Below, piece by piece: positions 22,701 through 35,469 of a stretch of DNA of 64,000 nt. Position 1 is the first letter of the stretch. The number at the start of each line of letters is the position of its first letter. Source of the stretch: Eutreptiella sp. 'Long Island Sound 2002' (lineage: Eukaryota; Protista; Euglenida); contig OZ038378.1 of NCBI GenBank assembly GCA_964036045.1, positions 175,398,001-175,462,000 of the forward strand, written 5' to 3'. The position numbers were made by a program, and so were the translations under genes. The notes beneath the pieces were generated by a model. The model had not been told where the DNA came from and did no database searches. It was given only the letters and a program-made list of their open reading frames with translations.

Positions 22701-25700
22701 AATAGGCCCAAAATGGGGGGTATGTGGCGTTTTCCCCTATATACGCCTGCCTGGCTTTGATCTAACAACCTCTGCGAGGTGATTTTGTCTCGCGGCCTTT
22801 ATTATGTCTGCTGTTGTTGTATTTCATGTTGCAGGCATCATGGAGTTACCATGGGGGATCTCATTAAAAGTGTGATGTATTTCCGGTGGACGGATGGGGC
22901 AACTGGCAACGCCAAAGGCACCGCTACAATCAAGCATCCAAGAATTAACAGCAACCATCTCGGATTTAACTGTAAGCAGCCAGGGATCAACAGCAAGCAC
23001 CCAGGAATTAGTAGGAACCTACCAGGAAGTAAGAGGAAGCATCCACATTGCCCCGGCATTGAGAACCATAGGAGGAGGGGGATCGGCGCAGACTCATCCC
23101 CCCCCCCCCCCCACCCCCCTCCTCTGTTCTCATACATGCTTGCGGAGGGCCCTCTGTGTCCAACACACCAGCCCCATCCCAGACCCCAACCCTTTGGATG
23201 GGGACCCCTTGTTCAGCCTCGGAGCGCACAGGGCTGAACTGGGATTACCGTTGTTGCATAAAATAAGGGTTTTACAAGGCATTAAGCCCAGGCTTTAACC
23301 CCTTGGGCTATGGTACGTGAGTGGACCCAAAAAGGGAAATGTGTGGTGTTTCCCGTTCATGCAGGCCCAGGTGGTTTTTGATGGAACAGCCCCTGCGAGG
23401 TGATTTTTTCCTGCCCAAAACTGTGAAGTTCCGTAAGAATCACAAATGTGGACTCCAAAAAAGGAGGGTCAATTTTTTTTTGGACAGCGGCCCACCCCAA
23501 AAGTGACATTTTTGACCCCCCCCCCCCCCCACACACCTCCCCCCCCCTGCCCCTAAGGAGTGGGTTTTTGGGTGTCTGTGTGTGGGGGGGTGTCTAAGAG
23601 GTCCCGACCAAAAGTAATTGGGGGATGCTTTAATTAGACAAAAGAAGGATTGCACAATGGGTGAAAGGTTTGCGGTCAATTACCACTGGTCAACCGCCAA
23701 CAGCGGCCGCAGCGCTTGGAGGGCAACAGACAGCAGTTGGAAAGAAATTAGGGTTGTATTCCAGGTGTTGAACAACCTCGAAAGAAAGGAAACGAGACCA
23801 TGCTCTTACAGGCTGTCCTCGACGGGGGTGGTTCGGTTTGGTGTCAATCACTCCTGCTCCCTTGCCGACCGCTGTTGTTTTGCAACTGCCCAGTGCAATG
23901 CACACAGTGCTTGGTAGGCGACGGAACGACTGCTCTTTTCTCTTTTCAATTGCCCTGCGCTCAGGTGACCGAGGGAAAGATGGACCTATTGACAACGAAC
24001 GAGATGAAGCAATTGCTTGATAAGAAGTGGCAGTGCTTCGGGAAGCCTTGCTACCTCCTGAGGCTGTTGACCCTGTCGTCGACCCTCATCCTCTGGGTCT
24101 TGTCCTGCACCGTATTCGATGGCTTGCCCGTGGCAAAGGCCGCCTGCGAGACCGCAATCCTACTGACGTCGCTGTGGCCGGTGTTGTGCGCTGTGCTGCG
24201 AGAGAAGCAGACCTCCAGCCGCTGCATCTCCGGGACCCCGGCCACGGAACGCATGTTTGAGCGGCTGTTTCCCGCGGTGTTCCTCGCCTTTCTGGTCTGC
24301 AGGTACCAGGGGCTGCAGCACCTGGAGTACGTGGCGGCGTCCGCCGCGGCCGTCATCGGGTGGGGGCGGGTCTTCCTTCTGCTGGTGGGGTCCCGGTCGG
24401 TCGGGCCCTTCATCATCATGATCCGGAGCATGATCCAGTTTGACGTGCTGCGCTTCCTGGCGGTCTACATGGCCATTCTCCTGGGCTACACCATGGCATT
24501 CTACCTCACCGTGGGTGTGTGTCGCTCGCTGTGCCTGCCTCCCCCCGTCACTCTACCGGCCTCTCGCCTCAGCCGGGGGCCGGGAGAAGAGCGCACGCAC
24601 CATCACCCTCAAGGGAGCGCACGGTGTGGGATGTATCCGGAGGCAGCGCGCAAGCGGCGCGATCCCGAGACCTCCTGGTCCGGCTTCCTGACCCTAACCC
24701 AGGGCTTCTTTAACAACTCAGCACCACCGGGGGTGGGGGGTGGGACCCACCCACCCCTCTGGACCCCCCTCCCCTAAGTGATTGGGCCCGATTTTTCTCC
24801 GGGCCTTCACAAATTCACAAATCTTCTTTGGCGCCTTTGGCGCCAGTCAGATTAGGCCAAAGATTTTCTTCGGCGCCTCTAAAACTCAGCACCGGGGGGC
24901 GGGGGGGTGGATCCACCCACCCACCCCAATAGACCCCCCAGGAGTCTTCTCCAGCCGGCAAGCGGCGGGTTGCTCTTTTCGGCCATGCCGGTAATGCATG
25001 GTGTCTTTATCCGACACTGATTGCTGATGTCTGACTGACAGCTACTGACTGTGATTGTCTGACTAATGTAGTCAGACATGATGTTCTGTTTTCTGTTTCA
25101 GACACAGTGTGTGTCTTGAGGCTTAACCAGGTTTGGCATAGAGAATAAAGATGCACTTATGCCTGACTGTGGAGTGCATTACCTCTGGTTTGCATTTGTC
25201 TGTTTTTTAATTAGGTCACCCCCCCCCCCCCCCCAAAAGGAGCCCTGCCCTGACCCTAACCTGGTCCGGCTTGCCCACACCACCCGCCTGGACCGCGGCA
25301 AGGGGCTCTGTTCCCGCCCCCGCAGCCCCCTTTTGGCCCACGTCCAAACCGTCGTCGCAGATGTTCACATGGGGTTGGGCTGGTATTTCTTTGAAATGTG
25401 GAACCTCGTGAAGCTCTGCGTCCGCGGGGATTTCCCCTACGAAGACTACATGTTCGGGGGCATCAAGGGCTTCACGGTCGCCGCGCTGCTGGTGTCGTAC
25501 GTCCTCCTCGTGGTCATCCTGCTGCTGAATCTGCTGATCGCGATGATGGGCAACACGTACAGCAAGATCGAGGAGTCGGCGGAGAGGCGCTGGTATCGGG
25601 CCCGGGCCAACCTGATGCTCGTCTTTGAGGAGGAGAGGAGCCTGGAACAGATGCAGTGGGTCCGCTGCCGGTACGCCACGAAGATGGACGATGCACCCGC

Positions 25701-25788
25701 CATTACGGTCGATACCGAGTTCGGCCTCAGCACCGTGACCAGTGATACCGCGGAATGGAGGCAGACGCCGGCCCCGACGCCGGCGTGA
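13728..25788 (+). CDS. TRPV-like (OSM-9/Nanchung-type) ankyrin-repeat cation channel, 5'-incomplete
   Basis: Phase-consistent GT-AG exons 13728-14067, 17113-17653, 23965-24514, 25361-25788 (~620 aa). Ankyrin repeats (GATPVHVAF, GENVLHIAI, GNTALHLAV, LTPLTLAA), TRPV motif GQFF..CYLGGYPLLFA, six hydrophobic segments, S4-S5 GPFIIMIRSMIQFDVLRF, S6 LLLNLLIAMMGNTY, TRP box RWYRARA. Confidence 0.88.
18471..18900 (+). mobile_element. Short retroposon-like repeat, copy 1, with an HDV-like/ingi-signature-like head
   Basis: Clear homology to 42918-43330 in the head (ccctgggg..cacctt.gcgtggtgtggaggcatggtggg) and body (gcggatggtg.ggc.ggcatcccg...ccgctttggcacaccatct). Confidence 0.65.
18919..18990 (+). 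mobile_element. tRNA-derived (SINE-like) head, not a functional tRNA
   Basis: tRNA-like spacing of D-arm (ACCT..AAGT) and T-arm GTAGG-TTCGATC-CCCAC; CAT at the anticodon position; acceptor and anticodon stems do not pair. Confidence 0.55.
19083..19310. repeat. Degenerate (CACAG)-rich minisatellite
   Basis: Repeated acagagcgcgcacagcacagcac-like units. Confidence 0.85.
19437..19548 (+). mobile_element. (CCT)n-tailed retroposon 3' end, copy 1
   Basis: gtgtggtggagacacggggagtgggcaccctttcc...gatcgccagcagct followed by (CCT)n. Same module at 43756 and 59435. Confidence 0.8.
19628..22156. repeat. Tandem satellite, ~198-bp unit, ~13 copies, inside a TRPV-like gene intron
   Basis: Near-identical units (ctaatacccaaatagggtgaaaaacatg...gggagccc(c)n tccccgggac) differing mainly in poly-C length; first and last units are more diverged. 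Confidence 0.97.
22157..23660. repeat. Cluster of interspersed-repeat modules adjoining the satellite
   Basis: 22290-22520 is homologous in reverse to ~47270-47460. 22525-22660 resembles 23504-23660, and 22640-22800 resembles 23255-23415. Confidence 0.6.
24700..25247. mobile_element. hAT-like MITE (548 bp) in the last TRPV-like intron
   Basis: TIRs CAGGGCTTCTTT / AAAGGAGCCCTG (11 of 12 match); 8-bp flanks ccctaacc (24692-99) and ccctgacc (25248-55), one mismatch. Confidence 0.65.
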
Positions 25789-28700
25789 GCGCCCATCCTC
25801 TGAGTCATTCTGTTCCACATCGCCCCTCTGACCTGAGGCTTTCATCTTCTCCCTCTTGGACTTGGATGAAGCTTTGCCTCGTCTTTGTCTGTGGCTGCAC
25901 GAGAGAGACCAACTTTTTCGCATGCGACTGTGAAAATCAGACTGGGGTCCTCACCCTCTTGACCCTCTTGCCGATGGGTCGGCTGTCGAAGAGGAAAACG
26001 AGGGGGGACATCCGAGAAAGTGCGCTGCCTCGGTGGTGTCGAGGCTGTGGGAAGAGTTGCGATGGCCACAGGACGGAAACTCAGGCACGAAAGACAGAGT
26101 TTGAGGCATGTGCCATGCAAGTTGCTGCTGTCCAGCGCCCCCTGTGGTTTTCTGTGTGATAGACATTCCAATGTCCCCTGAGGGTGACGCTCCCTCTTCG
26201 CACCACTCCCCTGTCAAGGTCCGCTCCGTGCGGTCCTTTCTTGGACAACATTGGCACGCGCAATGCAGGCGACGAAGTCGGAGGCTGGCGCGACCAAAAG
26301 CAGCAGTCTGACTGGGCCGCTGCCCACGGGCCTTGCGATGGTGTCTTCGCCACTGCACTTGCCCTTGGGCTTGGGTGCCGGCTTCGGCTTGGGCTTAGGC
26401 ATCTTATGGACATCCCGACGTCGTGCGGGACGGCAAAGGCAGCGTCGGGTAACTGCTCAGGGCCGCACCACCGGACGAAGTGTGTCCAGAGCAGTGCGAT
26501 TTGTCACCGGCTTCCACCGACCATCGAAGTCTATTGGCGCCCCTGACCTCCCTCTGCATCGCCAGCCATGCAAAATCGGACCGCAGAGGGCACGCAAGGG
26601 TCGGCCGTCAAGGGTCTGATTGGCCCTGCGAACCCTCGTCTGGGGGGGGGGGGGTGAAGCGGTTGCAATCAAACTCTGCGCACGGTTCGTAGCGAAAAGG
26701 CGGCCGCAGCTGCGCGTTGCCGGAGCAGTGGGCACCACGTCAAGGGACTCTGGTGCAGGCCGTCTCACAGGCAGAAGGGCTGGTGCTGACCAAGGGCGAC
26801 TGCTCATCGGCGTGCGGCTGCTGGGGCTCGATTCTGCCCCCCTCCCCCCCTCTCACGGGCAGGGATGCATTGGAAGGGGGATTGCCATACTGAGACAGAG
26901 TCTCAGTGCCGCGACAGCAGCCGCTTCAAATTGGTGGCAACTGCTTGGAGTATGAACGGACTGACGGGTAATTGTTCAAGGAAGCTGGAAGCAGGAGGAA
27001 TTGATTTAGGGGCCGCGAGGAAATGACAGATACCTGTGTTGAGCCGTGTAACAATATGTGGGGCCTCTTGGCCGGCATCTCGGCATCATGTGCCCCCCGC
27101 CCCCCCCCCCCCGTCCGTTTGGTCTTTTGGGGATCGGAGAAATGAGACTGCAAGAGAACGAGCACCTAGTGCCATCTGAAACGCTGTCCCAAATCAAGCT
27201 GGCTGTCACACGCATGCTTCCGCGCACGCTGTGTGTGCATGAGGAGGGAGTAAGCAGGAATAGATACAGGCAACGGACGTATGAACTGTCTTGGCCCCTG
27301 CACGGCTTGCCATTTCAATGGGGCACTCGGCGCAAACATGTGGTCATTGATTTTGGTGTGGCCGGCATGCAACGACGTTTCTGCGGTGCTCTTCATCATC
27401 TGGGCCTCAAATAAACATGCAGCACCCTGAGCCTCCCACAAGCAGCTGCGAGGCCGCAAGCCCCACCGGTGAGGACCCCTTGGGAGGTAATATTGCCATC
27501 CTTGTACCTGCTTTTGCATGCGCTGAACACAGCACTGAATGGCGCGTTGCACAGCAAAAAGGACCGGACGGTGCTTCTCCCGTTAGCCTCTGATATGGGG
27601 AGAGGTAGAGAATCTCAGCGTTCTTCTCTGGAGCGTAACTCATGTGCACAGTGTTGACTCAGCAAAGTGATGCGCCATGTGCCATGCAAGGTCGGGAATT
27701 GGTGGCATCATGCGATTCAGACAGCGTGCTGAATGTTATATATACAGGGCCCAGAAAATTCATGCAGCTTATTGACGGATCGCTGGTTCTATGTTGTGTC
27801 ACGCATAGACCCCTGAATGCACGGTCCCTGGGTGTATTTCAGGTCCTGCTGCAACTGGTGTGCCCTCCTTGGGGATACATGGTATTGACGTGTTCAAAAC
27901 AGGTCCCACACACCTGTCATCATCACATGTCATTGAGTGCCTGCCAGTCCACCGTCTGTACTCCTGCATCCTGCCTCTGAGTCGTTCTAGTTCTGTTTGC
28001 CCAAACCATTGTCCCTACCCGCTAGTAGCCCAAAATCCACGTTAAGCTAATGCCCCAGGTTATTATTCTCCCTGCATTCCCTCCTCCTGGCGGTATCAAG
28101 TGCTGATGACATTATTCTTGCAAGATATTGCTCCGAGGGTTAGGTTGCAGTCGCCAAAGTTGCTCGTCGTGGTGATAAAACCACCCGCAGCTCCTTTTTG
28201 GCCATTTTGCATCCCTTTGGGGGGGGGTATCCCACCATGGGTGGTTTTATCACCCCGTTGGGGGTAGGCGGGACACCCCAAGAAGGGGTGGGTGGGTTAT
28301 GGCCCATCTCCATATGAACAAGAAGCAGAGTAGCGCAGGACAGGTTGCCGTATGTGCTGTAGAAGATCCTTGCAAGGTATGCAGGGTCCGCATGCCCAAA
28401 CTCCTGAACAGTCCCAAAATGCCTTTTTCATGGATGCCCATCATTTGTTGACTCGCGCTGGCTACAGTGCCCTGTGTTCATCACAGCGTGTTAGCTCTTT
28501 TGACGTCCGTCAGCCACAACGCCAACAATATTGCGCATGCCACTCTTGCTGGATAGCTATCATCGAGGAGCGTGGCTGTGCTGAGGCTAAATGTCTCGCG
28601 CTATGGTTTGGGCCTGTAGGGATGGCCACTATGCTAACCAGGTCAGTTTAACCTTCTGCGGCGCTGTTTGAGTAATTGTTTCAGATGCACTCGTGCAAAT

Positions 28701-31700
28701 GAACGTGAAAAATGGCCACTGTCCTGGTGGCATGAATGGCATTTTCTTCATTTAAGGCTTGGAACCGTTGTTTTGACAAATAACCAGTACCTGTTCAGTT
28801 TCATGGAATGTGACCAACAAACGGTTACATTTTGTGATAAAACACCAATAACCGATTTTATGCTTGTGCACAAAGCCAGCTATCAATAATCAGAATTGAA
28901 ATTAGTGAGCAGTCATATGATTTTACACATCATTTGTGTAGATGGAAAATTGCTTTTCAAGTTATCAATAACTGGTAGGTTTTTAAGCCAGGAAAAGCAA
29001 TAAAAAACTTCATGCCAACAACCAGTCTCAGAATTACAAAAAGGTTCCCAGTATTACGTATGTGTTGTGTAAACAAGCAGTTTTGCCTTTGGTTTGCTTT
29101 TGCGATTTGTGGTATGAGGTTGCTCGGCGCCGGTCGGCTTTAGGCGAACACTAATGGGACCCATGCGCTTTTTGTGTGTCCACGATCCTACTTGAAAATT
29201 CGATTTTGTGCATGTTGTTCATTGGACCGCATGAATATTTGAGGGGTTTTTTGTTTTGTTTTGTTTTTTTGCTTTAGATGTTGAGTTTCTCTGTGGCGCT
29301 TTGTTTGACAACAATTGTTGCTTTGTCACGTTACGTTTGTTTGTCTCATTGTTTTTGTTCTACAAAGTTTGCTAGGGTCAGTGTGTAATTATATTTGAGA
29401 AAAGTTTTCTTCAAAGTCAATGTTGCTCTCTGGATGCACTATGGGAGGAGGTTTTGGTCCCATGCTTTTGGGCTCTGCCCTTTTGTATTTTGTGGCGTGA
29501 TAACAACAACAACAACAACAACATCCGTAACCAGTCCGCGCTATGCACAGGGCTTGGGTACCACCCCAGGGATGACCCTTTGCATGAAACTACTTGACAT
29601 TCATGGTTACCGTACCTACCGTACACCATGAAGTATTTGGGGTTGCGTTTACATTGAGTTTCAATTTTTTAAATGTTTGTGTGGGTTTCGCCGGGTGCGT
29701 ATTGCAGGCCCGCCGAGGGGGGTAGGAGGCCCAGGATCTGTGGTGGGCCAGGTGCCGTAGGTGCCGTAGTTGGCCACTTCAGGGGATTAGTAGGGTTCAG
29801 CTCAGGGGTGCAGTGGGCTAGGGCTTTCATGCTGAGGTGAGAAATAAGGGGTATAGCCGGGTCTATCCCTGTGGTGTGCCGGGTACCGTGGAGGGCTAAT
29901 TCAGGAGTTTTTTCACGTGGCGTGATTAGGCCCTATGAAGGCTTTGCTACTACCCACGCCCAGATGTGCCACACAACTATGCCATGTGGTTGTGTGGCTT
30001 CGTTGTGAATCAAGCCTGAGCAGGGTTTTGTTGCTCTTGGCAATGTGGTGTCGCGACGTCCCCTGATCGGGCCTTAGTCCATGGATTACAAACATAGAAA
30101 CAAAATTTGATTTTTTGAAAAGCGGTGACAGGGCCTCTCAGCAGGGAGCTTTGGGAGCTGCCATGGCATCATGCAGTCAAGTGGGTGTCCTAGGATTTAT
30201 CAAAATGGATGACCTCATCAAGGCATATGAAAAGTTATGGTTTCCCTTTGTCTATGCTTTTAGCAACACTTGATGTTTGCAACGTTCAACCTTGAAACAT
30301 CACCATTGGGGATGTAAAGCCGTCAATTGTTAGTCGGGGGGCGACGGGCATGAAAACATGGTACTTTTTCAAAAATGAAAACTTCTTACCCTTTTTGGAA
30401 AAGGGTAAGAGATTTTAAAAAGATGTTCTCTGAAAGCTTGTAAAAGAAAATGCATCAAAACCAAAAAGGTTACGTGTTTACAACATACTTAACCTCTTGA
30501 AACCTATTACCTCCAAATGGTGCACCATGCCTACACACAACGGCCCGACAGCAATTCTCCCTTCTTTCATTTCTTTGACAATCTCCTACTGCACCTGGTT
30601 CCCAATAAGCTGCCATGCTAATGCTGATAGAAACACTTTCCATGCACAATGCACACATTGTGCAACAATTTTCTTGCAGCTGGCATGTTAATGCTAAAAG
30701 AAAGCATTGTCAATGCACCATGCCCACGCCATGCAAAGATTCTCCGCTACAAGGCATTGTAGTGTTGCCCTGCGCGTCTAGGCAATAGCAAATTGTTATA
30801 CAAATACTTGGAATAACGGCAAATAGTGCTAAAAACAATTGTCTGATAGTGGTGCAACGGCGGAGCGCCTACAGCTCGCACGTCCTGGCCGCCTCAAGAG
30901 GTACAAACTTTGGTGGGCAGATTTTCTTCAAACTTCAACAACCCTACTTTTTTTTTTTGCCGCAAACTTCAAAATTGTCAATTTTGAATCAAAATTAACC
31001 ATCCTTAAGTTTGTTTCAAAGGTTGTTGCAAAGGTTGTTCGGGTACAACAATTAGTGATTTTACCTTAATCAAAATTGATAACAATAACTTTGACATTTG
31101 TGTATGCTTTGTCAACTGCATTGGTATCTTATTTGTGAAGTGCTCGGAAAGGGACGAACATCGGACTTCTGAACAAGGAATTTTAAAAGTTACCGCAGAA
31201 CTTGTCACATTGGCCTTGTAGACCAGTCTTTTACACACTTTACACACCTCAATTTTGTACACTTTTTGCAGGCACTAGTTGTTGTACCACCTACTGTTGA
31301 GCATAAAGCAACTGTGAACGAAAGTTGGTTGTCGCCCCTCTTGGGCCATGAGCCCCATGGAGTACCCGTTGTTCCACCTACATTGAACTCAATTGGGTTT
31401 TTAATGACGTATCTTCCTCTACTTGGTTAGATTGAAAGCACCATTGCCTGTATACCGCATTTTGGCCATCACCTAAATCAGGATTTTTTTGCACTTCCGT
31501 TTTAGTTTTACAATCCGGGCGACAAATTGTCGTCCATTCCCGAAGTATTGAAAGTGCCAATCACCTTTGGGAAATCTTCTACACGGGGCAAAACATTTGT
31601 TTTTCGGTTGTAAAAGTCTTTTCCTAAAAAAGAGCTTCCATTTTTTTTGCCTCACCACCAAATTTTTACCTTGGTGCTTTTGTTCACAACATTGTCCTTG

Positions 31701-34129
31701 TTTCCTTTCTCAAATCCCAACCATGCAAATCCGCCATCACTTCTTTGAACTCCGTGATGTAGCGTGGTTGCGGAGGGGGCATACGGTAGTAGGGAAGGAG
31801 GCTTCTTGCTGGTTTTGGCACCTGCAGACATCTTGTTGCCTTTTTTTGGTTGTTTGGTCATCCCCTTCAACCAAGCACGGTGTTTCTCTTTTGCAGCGTG
31901 CATAGGTAACAAGAATCAAAGAGAATGAAAAAGTATACGCCACACGATGCTTCTACATTCAAAAATATCCAAAAGATGCCTCAGTTGTGGTCTTCCTAAA
32001 ATGGTATAAGAATAGGCGCAACCTCTTTTTTTTTTTGGCTGACTAGATGCCGCTACTCTATGCCCGCCATAAATCGCTGTTGGCCGCACATTTGCTACAA
32101 CACAGGTAGACCAACTAGCGCTTTTACCTTACCAAAGAAGAACATTTGTATTAACAACATGCCGCAACATGTGTCTTGCTTGTCGGAAAGTCAAAGCAAC
32201 ATACAAAAGAAGTGAAGTTGAAATCCGATGTTTGGCTATGTATTGACTTTTGTGGTTTTCTACAACAACCACCCATTGTGGTACATTTGCTTGTTGAACA
32301 ACATAGGTAGATGATTGAGCACCAATGACGAAAATGGAGCCTACGACAAAAATGAGGAGGAAGGCAATCAACAATTCAATAAGCCATGGTTCACACCACA
32401 ATCCTATACCTCAAAGCCATTGTGATATTGCCTTGCTCACCAAGCAGAAAAAAACATATATGGGCATGGCTATGTATTTGTTGGAACCTCAACCTATGGT
32501 TGCTTCGGGTGGGCCAACTCATCACTGTGCCATGCCACAAGGTTGCATCAAGGGAACCAAATAGTTGGCAGCCTTGATTCCACCACATTTGTGGATTTTG
32601 CAGTTTTAAGTAATGTGTTTGAAAACAGGGGGTGGTGGTGGGTGGGGCAACGATGACGTAGTATGTCACACCGATGCACCACACCAAAACATTGGTGCAT
32701 TTTAAGCAAACAACACCATTTGCAAACAAACCGAATATGTCACTATGCAAAAAGGTGCGTAATGCAGGCTCAACACATTTTTTCGTCCATCAAGAAATTG
32801 GCCATAGGAAGCACATGCCCCCCCCCCCCCTTCTCCTTTACCAAACAAACCTCGCAATTCTTTTTGAGCCTGCCCTCATTCACCCTCACCCCAGGTGTGC
32901 ACCACAATAAATTGCACAAACACATACTACAACCAACACCGCACCATGCATGCATTGCTGACAAACTTGGCAACTTGCTGGTTGGGACTCAATCATGCAT
33001 ATGAAGGCGATTTGCAGAATTCAGGGTGGCCAATTTCAAATCCCCATGAACACCCCCTCATGTCTTGGCACAATGCACAATGCACACTGGTGGGACAGAG
33101 TTCTGCACCAGGTATGGGACAACTGACAAGGTTGATCCGGCCAAACAAAGCACCTGGATTTAAGAAATTTTTCTTCGCAGCTGGACACAAGCAAAACCCG
33201 CATACCCACAACATCACAATGCTGAAATCCTTCTCATATTCATGGGCATAACAGCTGTTCACAACCACTCAAATGGGCACCAGGCTCTCAGACTGCAACA
33301 CAGGCTCAGACGTGCCTGTGATAGGCATCCTGCGTAAAGCATTGGTCACCCCAAATGCAATGCAAACGGAAATATCAAATACCCCTCCAACGGAAGGCCA
33401 TACGTTTACAAAGCAAACCAGAACCAGGCAAACACCCCTGCTCACTGGGAATACACATTGGACCTACCAAGTGTTGGCACACTGCACATACGGTCCTTAA
33501 ATGCTAGTGGCATTGCCTGGGCATGCAGAAACAGATGCATCGATCGCACCGGGGAACTGGAACCGCTTCGTCGCTTATGCCAAAGCGCGCCATTGCTTGG
33601 GGGTATCCAACCAGCCTCGGAGACCAATGCTTCCAGGCAACTAGATGCAGAACCCCCACGTAGATTGTGGTGCCCATCGCTGCACGGACTCCCCGGTCTT
33701 CCCTTCGTCTCAGTGGGTTAGTGGACAAGACACAATGTGCTACCTAGCGGACGAGCGCTGGAGGCTGATCCTGACAGCCTTCCCAGGAGGTTATTCGAGT
33801 TATGTGTTTAACCCCTTGTGACTGTCGCTTTTCGGTGATTCATGAGGGGTAAAAGAGTCGTCGCAAGTAAAAGAGTTTTCCGGTCAGGGGTTCTGAGGGG
33901 ACCTCTCCCGAGACTCCCTTACAGTGCAGCTTATATTGAGACATCCCTTCATGATGAAGGCAAGGCACTCTGCAACCTGCAGAGTGCAGTCACAGGGGGG
34001 GGGGGTCTGAAAGATGGGAATGATCTTGTCGAACACTTGACATGCCCAGAAGATCGCTCGCCTGGTGACGTTCACCAGTCTAGATTATATTGCAACGACA
34101 CTTCGCGCTCTCACACTCAAGTTGCACTG

Positions 34130-35283
34130 CTATGCTTCGGGTTCTGCTTCACCAGCTTCTGCAGCTGCAGCCGCAGCTGCAGCCTCTTCAGCTTCTTCTT
34201 CCGCCATCTCCTTCTTTTTCTCGACGGCCCTTGCTTTAATTTTCTGTGCAAAACCCTTGCTCTCAACAGCCAGCTCTTCGAGTTTGTCCTGAAGAGTTGA
34301 GTTTTTTGCGAAGGCGGAGACTCAGCAGGAAAAACACGTCAAACAAAAGGGAGCGCATCCTCTCTCAGTGTCGGGTCTTACTTTGAACAGCTCCCCTCTT
34401 TCCGGGTACAGTTGGAAGGGGGGGCAACCTTTTGCTTGATTTGCATGAAGAAGGGAGCAATCACTTGTCCAGGATTGCCCTTCGAAGTGGCCGCAAGGTC
34501 CAGGATGTTTCGCATCATAAGATAGTTCCTCGTGGCCTGTTCCATTTCCCAGGATTTCCCATCCATCTCGAGACTCAGCATGTGCAACAACATCCAGTCT
34601 GATGGAGAGGGTTTGCGCGGGTAGCAAGGAAGCTTCGAGAAGTTTCTGTGCCCAAAAACCTCATAGGCCAACATTCCGAAGCCACTGGGTCGCAGGGTCC
34701 TATCCTTGGGCTAAAGACGGCATACTAGCAGAGTCTTCACTGAGCATGTGGCTGTTCATTCTCAACCAAGATTCAACATCCTCAACATCAGTTATCTTGG
34801 CGAAATCCTTCAACTCATCTTTATTCTCCAGGACCTTTTGCAATTTTACTTCAGCTTGCTCGTCCTCTGTCATCGTTGCCAACTGAAAACACAGAGTTGC
34901 GAAATGTTTGGTTGTGAATAACACTAGGGTGTTCCCTCCGATCATAATTTGTTCTGTCTACAGCATACCATTTTGGCTTCCGCCTGCTCTTGCTTTTTCT
35001 TTTCTTCATCCCCACGGTTGATTATCGTCCTCTCTGAAGTCACAGTACACAGGTCGTCGGCACACCACTTCTTTTTCTTTTCGAGCTCGTCCAACTTCTT
35101 CAAGGCTTCTGGTGTTCCCTCAGCCAGCAATTTCTCTTTTTCAGCAGCTTCCTCCGCCTTGCGTTTCTCACGTTGCTCGCGGCGAATGCGGATCATCAAA
35201 CTTTTATCAATGTTGGGGTGCATGCCTTCCTCATCATCACTTAGCTCAATGTTGTCCCACTTGCTGTAATTGATTCCCGACAT
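34130..35283 (-). CDS. CDC37: Hsp90 co-chaperone Cdc37, 266 aa
   Basis: Exons 35283-34969, 34882-34726, 34598-34429, 34288-34130 (GT-AG, phase-consistent, 801 nt). N-terminus INYSKWDNIELSDDE...HPNID and middle domain SEDSANWMLLHMLSLE...MRNILDLA...PFFMQIK match the Cdc37 pattern. Confidence 0.9.
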
Positions 35284-35469
35284 CGTGACTGCCTGTCAGC
35301 GAAATGGCAATGCTATAGCTGACACATACATGCCCAGTTGACGATTCACGCAAGTTCTAGCTCAAGTGTCCACCAAAGGAATGCCAATGGAACCGGGTCC
35401 GGAAGGTAGGATGTGCCTGCATACCATGTTTGTTCTCTCTTTTGCCAGACAGTAAAATGCACATGTGAA

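Noticed and set aside
29000-33300. Coding genes in the AT-rich block
   Set aside because: Only short ORFs without recognisable motifs or consistent splice phases; probably decayed transposon sequence
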